64,000 bases of DNA from positions 84,714,089 to 84,778,088 of the forward strand of contig NC_068986.1 of NCBI RefSeq assembly GCF_001194135.2. Direction: 5' to 3'. Position numbers and translations under genes: made by a program. Positions within the stretch are counted from its first letter, which is position 1. Each line of letters opens with the position of its first letter. The notes beneath the pieces are model-generated. The model was not told the origin of the DNA. It made no database searches and was given only the letters and a program-made list of their open reading frames with translations. This stretch comes from Octopus bimaculoides (Eukaryota). Below are positions 25,885 through 38,638 of this stretch, piece by piece.

Positions 25885-28800
25885 AGGCAGTGCTGAACGT
25901 CAGCACGCTGGACGAAATGCTTAGCGGTATTTCGCCTGTGACTACGTTCTAAGTTCAAATTTGCCTTTCATCCTTTTCGAGTTCGATAAAATAAGCACCG
26001 GTTGAACACTGGGATCGATGTAATCGACTCATCCCCATCTCCCTCAAGCTGTTCTTGTGGCAAAATTTTAAATAGTAATAATAATTTATATTATTAAGGC
26101 AGTGAGCCTGCACAATCGTTAGCACGCTAGACAAAATGCTTAGCGCTATTTCGCCCGTCGCTACGTTCTGGGTTCAAATTCCGCCAAGGTCGACTTTGCC
26201 TTTCATCCTTTCGGAGTTGTAAAATTAAGTACTAGTGAAACATTGGGGTCAACGTAATCGACTTATTCCCTCCCCCCAAACTGCTACTCTTGTGACAAAA
26301 TTTGAAATATTATTATTATTATGTATGGTTTCCTTTCATTATAACTTTACTTCAGCTGCTTAGTACTGGGCATCCTCCAGAGGCCAAGAGTGGCAAGGGC
26401 AATTTTGTTTTGCTATGCATGCAAAAATTATCACCACATTCTATTTTAGATGGAAAGTGCTTTCCGTAGTATATTGGCTGTAGTCATCAAGGTTGGGGTT
26501 ACCAGGGAGTTGCATAATATACTTCTCAATCCTCTTCTTTATCATTCCCAACGTACCAATTCCTATAGGTATTATAGTAGTACTAAACTTCCACATTTTT
26601 GTGATTTCAATTTGCAGATCTTTATAGTGAGAAAGCTTTTCGTATTCCTTTCTTGAGAACAGACATATCTATTAACAGACAAGTTCCTCTGTTGTAGTCC
26701 TTGATCACAATGTCTGGTCGATTGTAGTCAATTTTTCTGTCTGTTTGTATTAGGAAATTCTAAAGGATGGTGATGCCTCCGCCCTTTAGTACATTCTCTG
26801 GGTGGTGCCTGTCCCACTTATCATGGGATTTAATTTTGTAGTATCTACAAGCGGTGCTACATCATGGCCGCAGTCAAATGACTGAAACAAATAAAAGAAT
26901 AAAAGAATTCCAGTGGATGTACAGCAGTAGTATGTCATGTCTTATGAGGTACTCCTTTTCAGTGAGGACTGGGCAGCCAGAAACAACATGATCAATTGCC
27001 TCTGTGAATTTTTCACAAATTCTGTAGGAGGGGTAAGATCCTTCTTTAAGGACGTTTGCATGGTAGTTTCTGATAGGTATGCTCTGAACTTGCGCTGCAA
27101 TAACAAAACCTTCTGTTTCCCCTTTCAGACCTTCCTTTGTAGCCATTGGAGTGTTAGATTTTCATCAATATCTGCCTTGGACAGGCGGTTAGGGTATTTT
27201 CCAAAGCAGGTGTTTACCGTTCCAGTTGTCTTCAATATTATTCATACAAGCCTTCTTTGCTTTTTGTTTGATGTCTTGTGCATCAATGATAGATTTATCA
27301 CTATTTGGATTTCGTTGGTCTTTCTGATTGTGAATTTCTAAATCAGGAGAAGCAATTGTAGACTTGTCAATATTTGGGTGTCATTGGTCATTCTTATTGT
27401 TAACTTGTAGGCCGAGAGACTTTTTAAATTTCTTACTAAGCTTCATGAATGAAGCTTGCTTGGAATCTTCATGCTTCAGTGCAGTTCATACGAGGACATC
27501 ACTTGTTTTATTAAGGTACGTTTCAAGGCTTATTATTGCTGATTTGAAGGATTGTTCAAGCTGTATCAGGTCTCTTCCACCTATTTTTCTTGGAAGATAA
27601 ATCCTGTCGACATCTGATTTTGGACGGTGCATTCGGTAACTTGTAAGCATTTTACGTGTCTTTCCATCCATATTCTGCATGTCAGTGACACTCCACTTAA
27701 TAATACCGAAGCTATATGTGGTTACTGGTATGGCCAAAGAACTGATCGCATTAATTCTGTTAGCAGCATTTAATTCTGAGTATAGGACCATTCTTACCCT
27801 TTGATAGCATTCCTTGAGGATTTTCTCTTTCATGTTAGAATGCTGGATACCATCACCTTCTGTAGTTGCCAGATATTTGTATACTATATGATTACTTTTA
27901 AAAAGTTCATAATTGTTGGCGCAATCTTGTAAATTTCCAGGGCCTTGATGATCTATGAATGGGGAAACTGTCAAAAGCCTTCTTTTAATCTGTCCAAATG
28001 TTGCTAAGGGTTCTGCGTTTGGATTTGCCATTTTCAATGACCATTTTATATATGGTGGTGAGGCATGTTATGGGTCGGTAATTTGTGGGGCTAGTAGTTT
28101 CTTCTGTTTTTGGCAAAAGATATGTAATCCTTTCTGTAAGTCACTTTGGGGATTTCGCAGGGTTGGACATGAGACTTCATTGAGTGCTACGGCTCAGTTG
28201 TGGTGAGCGCTCATTAAAGAGTTTAGCTAAAAATTTGGAATCTTATATATACCTGGGGATTTCCATTTCTTTGACTTGGCGAGCGTTGCTTTCATTTCTT
28301 CAATTGTTATATCCTGCCATTCTTGATATTTAAGGTGGACATTGGCTTCTTCGATATCCCTGATCCAATGTACATTCTGATTAAATTTCTTTGGATTATG
28401 CCAAATGTATTTTTCAAAAATTTTCAGTTTGCTGTTGGGGAGGAGGTATTTTCACAATAATAGTATTTTTCCCGTTCCCTATAGAATTCTTTTGTGTTCT
28501 TCTTGAATAGTATGTTTTGTCTATGGAATGCTGAGCGCTTTTGTATTTTGCCAGTCGTTTGGTTTTTAATTGTCGTTTTTGTTTGAGGATTCAATCTGTG
28601 TATCCTTTGTTTTCTTGTAAAGGTCATGTTTAGTAATTATTCTTATTAGTTTGTTGGGTTTATTAGTTTTCTCTTTGCTTGCTTCAAGTAGAAAAGATTT
28701 ATCTGCTCTTATTTGAATTATTTGCTGGTTTATTCTTGCAGGATGTTTGTATACATTGCACTTTTTTTTTATCTATCTCTAATTTTAATAACGCATTTCT

Positions 28801-30120
28801 GAGTTGGAACATAAGCAGCCGAGTAAATGAGTTGATCAATCACTCCGAGGGCATTTTCTCTACTATTCTCAAGGAGTTGTCGTATCATCTTGCCAAGTGC
28901 TTGATCAACTTCTTTGATTATTTCTCTGTTCTTATTAGTATAAATAATTTTGGAAGTGGGGATCTTTCGTGGAAAAGGTTGATGTAGTTGTATTAGGTAT
29001 TGTTCTAGTATTCCATCTAACAGTTCATTGCTGACGTGATCATTTATAGTGTTTTTAGTTTCAAATAATGGTCCACCATCTTAGGGTTCTGTGTCCCTAG
29101 TTTGCTGGTTTGAATTAATGATTTCAAAGCTTTTTGCCTGTGAGTATAAGTGTGAGCTGACTTTTTACTGATCTGACTATTTTGTCAATTTCGCTGTCAG
29201 TTAGTCTTTTAATTTTTAGGATATCACGTCTCACAGCTCCTAGTTTACTACTGTCCATGTACAGCCTGTTATGCGGATTTTTGCACCTCCAGATATTGTA
29301 GGTCTCTTTTGTGTGGTTGATGTTTCTGGGTTTAGTGCTGAATAATTATAAGCATGCATAACTTAGTCCATTTCTGTCTTGCATTTCTAATTTCTTTGAG
29401 ATAGGTTTGGTAGGTGATCCTGAGCGTCAGTTTCGGGAATATCCCTGGTTTGATTTGCTACAGGTTCTTGAGGAGGTTGGTCCTGATTTAAAGACTTTTC
29501 AAACTCAGTATCAGAACCTAAAGTCACTGATGAACGCGTGCTTCGAACGACACGGATTCTACTGGTCATTTCCATGGCAGGTATCGAGGGCCGCACTATA
29601 AGCGCACAGAGTAAATCAGTTGCCTGGTTCCTTGGGTAAGGTTCAGAGGTCCCAGGCATCATCATTTTCTGGTGGTGGGGGAAATTTTATTTTGAGCAGT
29701 ATTAAATTAGTTCATGTCATGATCTGCCACTTGGAAGGTGTCAAATGGCAGCCCCACAGAATTCATGTAGCATAGCAGACAGAGGCAGATATTGAATTAA
29801 CAGCCAGAGAGAGACAGAGACAGGGAAGACAAAAGACAAGACCATCATGTAGTCTCCAAGCTATTTCCAGTAGGATGGCGATGGCGTTGGCGGCTGCGAC
29901 CATGCTGGAGCACCGACTTTTGTCTAATAAACAGACCCCAGGACTTATTCTTTGTAAGCCTAATACTTATTCTATCGGACTCTTTTGCCAAACTGCTAAG
30001 TTACGGGGACGTAAACGCACCAGCATCGGTTGTCAAGCTTTGTCGGGGAGACAAACACAAGCACACAAACGTATACACACACACATGCATACATGCATAC
30101 ATATATACATGCACGCACGC

Positions 30121-30158
<38 letters not shown>

Positions 30159-31553
30159 GCTTGGCTCATTTCAGTTTCAGTCTACCAAATCCACTTACAA
30201 GACTTTGGTTGGCCTGAGGCCTTAGTAGNNNNNNNNNNNNNNNNNNNNNNNNNNNNNNNNNNNNNNNNNNNNNNNNNNNNNNNNNNNNNNNNNNNNNNNN
30301 NNNNNNNNNNNNNNNNNNNNNNNNNNNNNNNNNNNNNNNNNNNNNNNNNNNNNNNNNNNNNNNNNNNNNNNNNNNNNNNNNNNNNNNNNNNNNNNNNNNN
30401 NNNNNNNNNNNNNNNNNNNNNNNNNNNNNNNNNNNNNNNNNNNNNNNNNNNNNNNNNNNNNNNNNNNNNNNNNNNNNNNNNNNNNNNNNNNNNNNNNNNN
30501 NNNNNNNNNNNNNNNNNNNNNNNNNNNNNNNNNNNNNNNNNNNNNNNNNNNNNNNNNNNNNNNNNNNNNNNNNNNNNNNNNNNNNNNNNNNNNNNNNNNN
30601 NNNNNNNNNNNNNNNNNNNNNNNNNNNNNNNNNNNNNNNNNNNNNNNNNNNNNNNNNNNNNNNNNNNNNNNNNNNNNNNNNNNNNNNNNNNNNNNNNNNN
30701 NNNNNNNNNNNNNNNNNNNNNNNNNNNNNNNNNNNNNNNNNNNNNNNNNNNNNNNNNNNNNNNNNNNNNNNNNNNNNNNNNNNNNNNNNNNNNNNNNNNN
30801 NNNNNNNNNNNNNNNNNNNNNNNNNNNNNNNNNNNNNNNNNNNNNNNNNNNNNNNNNNNNNNNNNNNNNNNNNNNNNNNNNNNNNNNNNNNNNNNNNNNN
30901 NNNNNNNNNNNNNNNNNNNNNNNNNNNNNNNNNNNNNNNNNNNNNNNNNNNNNNNNNNNNNNNNNNNNNNNNNNNNNNNNNNNNNNNNNNNNNNNNNNNN
31001 NNNNNNNNNNNNNNNNNNNNNNNNNNNNNNNNNNNNNNNNNNNNNNNNNNNNNNNNNNNNNNNNNNNNNNNNNNNNNNNNNNNNNNNNNNNNNNNNNNNN
31101 NNNNNNNNNNNNNNNNNNNNNNNNNNNNNNNNNNNNNNNNNNNNNNNNNNNNNNNNNNNNNNNATAAGTCCTGGGATCGATTTTCTCGACTAAAGAAGGT
31201 GCTCCAGCATGGCCGCAGTCAAATGACTGAAACAAGTAAAAGAGTAAAAGAAATTATTATTGTTATTATTATTATTATTGTCTTCTTTAAATTTCTTGCC
31301 GAGTGTCTTCTCAACACCTAGGGCAAAGAACCTCAGTGTATACATTGGTAGGCCCTCAAAATAAACACACCAGATTGTTCATTTACAAAGTCATGTGATA
31401 GAAAAAGAAGGGGAAGTAAGACAGAGAAAAAGAACAGAGAAAACAAAATGAGTTAGAAAATGTAACAAAAAAATTAAAGGGGGGAAAAGGAAAGAAATTT
31501 CGCAATGACAATATTCTTCTCAATACGTGTGACGTACCATTTAAGACAATCTT

Positions 31554-31593
<40 letters not shown>

Positions 31594-31794
31594 CCATCAC
31601 CATCATCATCATCATCATCATCATCATTGTTATTGATGAAAGGCCGACTTTGCCCTTCAACCTTTCTTGGTCGATAAAATAAGTACCAGTCGAAGACTGG
31701 GGTCGATGTAATCGACTTAATCCCGTCCCCTAAATTTGAAGCTTCGTGTTTCCAGTAGAAAGGGTTATTATTGTTATTATTATTATTGTTGTTG

Positions 31795-31876
<82 letters not shown>

Positions 31877-34800
31877 CATTATCGTCGTCGTCATCATAAT
31901 AATAATAAAATTAAAGACGACAATAAAGTGAATTGTGGGCGTGACCTCAAAAGCAAGCAATTCATTGCTGGAGTAGAGGCGACATCAACCCGGTACCTCT
32001 AACTCTCCCTAAGCAACAAGGAGACTTGCCCGACACTGGGAAAACAGCTTGTAAATGAGAATGGGAGGAGAGCCACCGCACGAAAAATGGCAGTGAATAA
32101 CTGTGTTAGCTAAAATCCAATGCCTAGAAACCCGGTGGAAAGATCCCCGAAAAAAATATGGGCAGGTGTAGATCATATAACCAGGGCAAAGTATTTTAAG
32201 GGGTGTAGATGTCCATTTTATGAGCGAAGCTTTCGCTCTGAAGCACCACGTAGTTCCCATGACCGACAAGAAGCTAACCTTCTATATAACGAATTTCGGA
32301 AGAATGACTTGCCGTGTTAAGATAAAGAAAGTTCTTTGGTAGTTGCTGGAAAGCAGTGAGACTACTCGACGTGAAATGATCGGAGAAGGAGTTTTGTTCT
32401 GGGTCTACAGTAGGGAATATTCTGCTACACAGTAGTAAAGCAAGTTGCCATCTGTAAGTTGAAGAAGGCCATTTCAGAGAGCTTTCTGTTGTCAACGAGA
32501 AGCGAGAGACAGAAGGTACAGAATAGCACTCCCACCCCGTCCCCCATTCAGATGAAAGTAAGCGAAGCAAATGTCTAAAAGTCTCCACAAATTGGTGCTA
32601 AGGCGTGTGTGTTGGAAATCCTAATCTCACCGATGGCTAGTGACCTCAGATCATTGTGCAGGTTGGTGCTTTTCCTCAATCATTTGAACCTTAGCCACTA
32701 CACATTCTTCGGTTACCATTGCCAATAGCAAAAAAAAACAAAAAACTGCCTTCCATATCTTACTTAACAGTGGTCTCAAATTTTGACAGAAGCCAACAAG
32801 TTCAGGGTTGGGGTAAGTCGAATACATTGACTCCAGGGCTCAACTGGCACTTATTTTATCGACCCCGAACGGATGATAGTAAAGTCTACCTCGGTGGAAT
32901 TTGAACTCGGAAAGTACAGACAGAAGAAAATACCGTTAAGCACTTTTCCCGGTACGCTAACGATTCTTCCAGCACACCGCTTTGTCCTGTTTAATATTAA
33001 AATGAATTACACAAGCGAGATATTAGTGCATGAATCATTACTATAAGATAATTTAATAATGTATGCTGAGTGTGCGCAAATTTTAATAAAATATTTTTCT
33101 TTTTGCTAGATACACCAGTCACAACATGTTTGGCACAAGAGACAGGATCAGCTGTTAACGATGATCAGGCACTCACCAGTGCAATTGATGTTTCTAGTGG
33201 ATCATCATCAACAGATGCTTTTTCAACAGATGAAACCATACATCCCACGACAGGATATTCGTCAGACACCATGTTAACAGGTGTGGCAACTGCCACTCTA
33301 TCAACAGCTGAAATCACACATCTCACAACAGAAAGTTCAACAGACACCATGACAACAGATGAAACGACAAATTCCACAACAGACTCCATATCAACAGATA
33401 TGACAACTGACACTCTATCAACAGATGAAACCACATATCTCACAACAGGGTATTCCACAGACATCATATCAACAGATTTGACGACAGAGGCTCTATCAAC
33501 AGATGAAACAACAAAACTCACGACAGAATATTCAACAGACACCATCTCAACAGATATGGCAACTGCCACTCTATCGACAGAGGAAACGACAAATCCCACA
33601 ACAGAATATTTAACAGACACCGTGTCAACAGATTTGACGACAAATCCCACAACTGAATATTCAACAGACGCCATATCAACAGATTTGACGACTGATGCTC
33701 TATCAACAGATGAAACAACAAATCCCACAACAGAATATTCAACAGACACCATATCAACAGATTTGACGACAGAGGCTACATCAACAGATGAAACGACAAA
33801 TGCAACAACAGAATATTCAACAGATACCCTGTCAACAGATGTGACGACAGATGCTCTATCAACAGATCAAACGACAAATCCNNNNNNNNNNNNNNNNNNN
33901 NNNNNNNNNNNNNNNNNNNNNNNNNNNNNNNNNNNNNNNNNNNNNNNNNNNNNNNNNNNNNNNNNNNNNNNNNNNNNNNNNACAGGTGTGACAACACACG
34001 TTCTATCAACAGATAAGACTATTCATACCACGACACCAATTTTTTCAACTACACTTGCCCACAGTACAGGTTTTACAACGTATATTGCAGGTACGTAAAA
34101 TTACAACAACCTGTCAAACTTGCTTCAAATTAAATGCTGTCCTCCGAATTTGGTCTAATGCAGAATTATACCCTTTCGCCAGATACCAGACTCCCTGCAT
34201 CTGCTTTCAATATACTTAATTTTATTTAAGAAAATTGACGATACCTGTATTTTGTATTACCGGTGCTTATGTCCACTAGAAAATGGTTGTCCTCATAAAA
34301 AGAAGTGAAATATTACTGATCTATAATTAATATGTATCCTTTAGTTTCCTTAAAAGTTCTACAAGTAAGAGAGCTCCCGTTTATCATATATATTTTGGTT
34401 ACGTTTATATATCTGTAGCTACGCTATATCCTACATGTTTAACATTATTCTTCATATTGCAGCATCCTCTTAACATACGTTAATTACATTTTTGTCTAAG
34501 CACGTTTGCATCTTTTTAACACATAATTTCGTTACCTTCAAAAACGCACCTCTTAACACATATATTTAAGTAATCTTAACCGTATTGTGTTCTTCGCAGA
34601 TCCCAATAATTTCTGTTAATCTTTCTTTCCTTGCAGCTGAAAGAAAAAGAAAAAGAAAAACATATTAAGACAAAAAAGAAACCTTAGAAATTTTGAAGTG
34701 AATTTGTCGTATGTTAGACAATTTAACATATCACTTTTCTTTGTTTTAGGAACCAACGCAACTTTATCAACATCATCTGCTACTCCAACTAAAACCACAT

Positions 34801-37800
34801 TTCACCAAACTTCTACTTCGTCGACTTTAAATCCTACAACAAAATACACAACGCAGATTACTACACAAAAAACGACACCACCACCACCAACAACAACAAC
34901 AGCAAAATATTGCCCCCCATCAGGTAAGGATGGTGTTTTGCCTATAAATCATGTCTGTTTATTAATTAAAATTATTAGCCCATTTATTTAATAAGCAAGT
35001 AGTGTATTTGAAATAAAACGAAATTGAGAGTAAAATATACAATATCAAACATACTTTTACGAACTCTTAAATTTCCGGGTAATAGTTGGAAATAATATCA
35101 AACTAATTTCCACAAATTCACTTAGTTCGTTATTTAAATTTTATGATATATATATATATATATACCTCCCTCCACCAAAGTATCAAGGTAACTATAGATA
35201 TATATTTACTTCACTAAAATTTTCGTTGCGTCTTGCAACCTTTTCAATATTGACTCTGTCAGTTGACTCTGTCAGTTGACTCTGTCAGTTATTGACTCTG
35301 TCAGTTATTGACTCTGTCATTGACTCTGTCAGTTATTGAAGCTGCGTTCTCTTTGTTTGTTTGTCGCACGTATGTGGGTCAGTGTGTGTGTGGATACATA
35401 TGCATGTATGTATGTGTGTATGTATGTATGCATGTATGTATGTGTGCACGTTTGTATGTATGCATGCAGCCTCCATATTCATGTGTTTGTGCGGACGTGT
35501 GTCCCCATATTAGTCCTTGTGTGAAGTCAAGTGTGCGTCTATATATGGTCATTTGTTTCAGTCTTCATTTTTGTATGTGCGTGTATGTGTGCTTGTCTGT
35601 TCATATAATCTATGTACCTATCCGTCTGTATGTCTATCTGTATACATTAATAGCCTACATACATGTGCATATACATGTACATATACATATATACACACAT
35701 ACACATACATACATCTATCTACATTACAGCCCATTAACTAACTCTACCTGTGGGTATGGGGGCATGATATCTACTACGCATATTTCCTATTTAGTACTGG
35801 GAATGTTTCATTTATGAGGACGTACTCCTGAATTTGTCTCTGAGTGTTGGGTCCTTTGGGTGCTTGAATAAAATGCGGATGTCAAGTTGACCCAGTTTGC
35901 CTCCATGCTGGTCCTTGGCATGTTAGTAGAGTATGGAGGACTGGTTTTGTCTTCATCTCTCTCCCATATGCACATACACACGTCTTACATATCATTAAAA
36001 TAACATGGCTGAATTAAAGTCATTGCCTCACTCTCATTTACGTGAATGGATCCGAAATAGATATGGATACAGATCTTCATCACTTTCAGTTTTAATATGA
36101 AAACCAATAAACTAGCTTTTAACAACGAATACATTTATAATTGAAATATTAATCTTTTTAATTTTTCTTTTTCTTTTCAATTTTACAGAGTTGTTGGACC
36201 ATAGTAACACACGATACTTGTATAATTCCTGGTCACCATACATTTGCCCAAGAATTGATATCAACATAGGACAAAGAGCACTGAACTGCTTTCGTGTATG
36301 TATTAATATGTTACAAGATTTACATTCCCAATCTACATTTCACCTGTAAATTCTTACGATATATTCCTAATCATAGAAACAGCAAATGAACTCCAAAATA
36401 AACGCACGAAATAATTTCAGTTTTAAAGATCTAAATTTATATGTGGGCTATATTTATATTAAATCAATAACAACGTTTTTACATACCCAAAACTGCTTGT
36501 ATAATTCAAGCTGTTGTATCCGCTTATTATTAAAATATTTAGTTAAGAACCTCTCTCGCTATAGGAATCTTTTTCTGTCATCGCTTAGTCTCAACTTTTG
36601 TAATGGTTGCTTTATCTTTAACTGGAAAATCCAGATAATTTTTTAAATTTAAAAATTCTTGATGGCTTTTTGCCTCTTCACTTTTAACATTGACTAGGTG
36701 CTCTCTTTGATGTTCTTATTTTACATATTTCTTTATCATAATATTCAAATAATTCCACTACTTTATATTGTAAATATTGTATCTATAAGAGGTGCAGCAA
36801 TATCAGAGGAATGTTATCAGAGAAAGTAGTCTTTGTGAGTGGTAAATTTATAAGTACAATAAACACTAGAAATGTACAGAAATAGACTACGTCACATGCC
36901 AGGTGGGATGCTTAGAAATAGTTGATAGCTTCCGCTACCTGGGTGCCTAAGTCAGCTGTGGAAGCGAACGCTCCATGAGCGTAGCTGCTAGAATAAGAAT
37001 AGTCTAGGCAAAGCTCAGAGAAATTCTACCTTTGTTGGTAACAAAGAGTGAAAAGCAGATTGTATGATGCCTGTGTGTGCACAGCTATATTATACGGCAG
37101 GGAAATATGGACCGACTGCAGAGGACATATGAAGGTTTGAAAGAAAGGAAGTCAGTGCGCTTCGCTGGATGTGCAATGTCAGTGTGCATGTACGACAGAG
37201 TGTAAGCATCCAGATAAAATATTGGGCATAACAGGCAACAAATGTGGTATACAAGAGAGAAAACAACGCTGGGTGTGGACATGTGATGCATATGGTTGAG
37301 GACAACTGCGTAAAGAAGTGCCCGTCTCTAAGTGTGGAGGGGACCTGTGGAAGAGGTAGACCCAGGAAGATGTGGGACGAGGTGGTCAAGTATGATCTTC
37401 AGAACGTGGGTCTCACTGAGGCAATGACAAGTGATCGAGATCTTTGGCGATTTGCTGTGTATGAGAAAACTCGTCAAGCTAAGTGAAATCATAGTTATTG
37501 CCAGTACCGGTGACAAGCAAAAGGCATCCGTGCCAGCATCACGTTAAATGCGCCCACTACACTCTTGGAGTGGGTGGCGTTAGGAAGGGCATTTAGCCGT
37601 AGAAACCAAGCCAAAATAGACAGAAGCCTGTTACAGCTCTCCGGCTTACCAGGTCCAGTTAAATCGTCTAAACCATGCCAGTATGAAAAATGGATGTTAA
37701 ATGATACAAATGAGGATGAATGTATCTCTGTCTTTCTGTCTGTCTTTCTGTTTGTCTGTCTGTCTGTCTGTCTTTCTGACTGTCTCTGTCTTTCTGTCTG

Positions 37801-37826
37801 TCTGTGTCTGTCTGTCTGTCTGTCTG

Positions 37827-37901
<75 letters not shown>

Positions 37902-38604
37902 ATACGTGACTGTGTGGTAAGAAACTTGCCTCTCAACCACGTGGTTCTGGGTTTAGTCCGACTGCGTAGCATTTTGGGCAGACGTCTTCTACTATGGCCT
38001 CAGGCCAACTAAGGACTTGTGAGTGGATTTGGTAGACGAAAACTAAGAGTGGTTGACTTAACTACGAATCCACCCCATTTTAAAGCAGAAACAGCTGTAA
38101 GCTAATGAAGTTCATTACATAACATTTAGTTTTCCTGGTGTCATCTCTTTATTTTTTCGCTCTCTCTCTCTATATATCTTAGTGTGCTTACACCCTCGTA
38201 CATTAGCTGTTTGGCAAAAGATACCGATAATATAGGTCCCAGTGTCAATTTGTTTGACTAAAATCCTTCAAGGCAGTGCCCCAGCATGGCCGCAATCAAA
38301 TGATTGAAACAAGTAAAAGATAAAGATGCACATGACTAGTACCGTTATCTATAGTAGTTTATTTATTCATAATTTACTAAGTTAAAAGCGTTACAAGTTA
38401 TAAGAGAACAAAAATAGAAGCAACAAGATATTAGCTATGGCATTAAAAATTTAACTTGGTAAGCATGTGATTTCAGATTTAGTCCCACTGCGTGGCACCT
38501 TGGGTAAGTGTCTTTTAATATAGCTCTGGGCTGACTAATGCTCTGTGAATGAATTTGATTGGCGGAAATTGTGTGAAAGCCTGTTGTGTGTGTGTGTGTG
38601 TGTA

Positions 38605-38638
<34 letters not shown>

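Noticed and set aside
31950-32600. Possible LINE ORF1 remnant
   Set aside because: Only vague similarity, with many stops in all frames; the family cannot be supported without a search.
33165-33752. 195-aa minus-strand ORF (V/S-rich)
   Set aside because: It is the antisense shadow of the coding tandem repeat.
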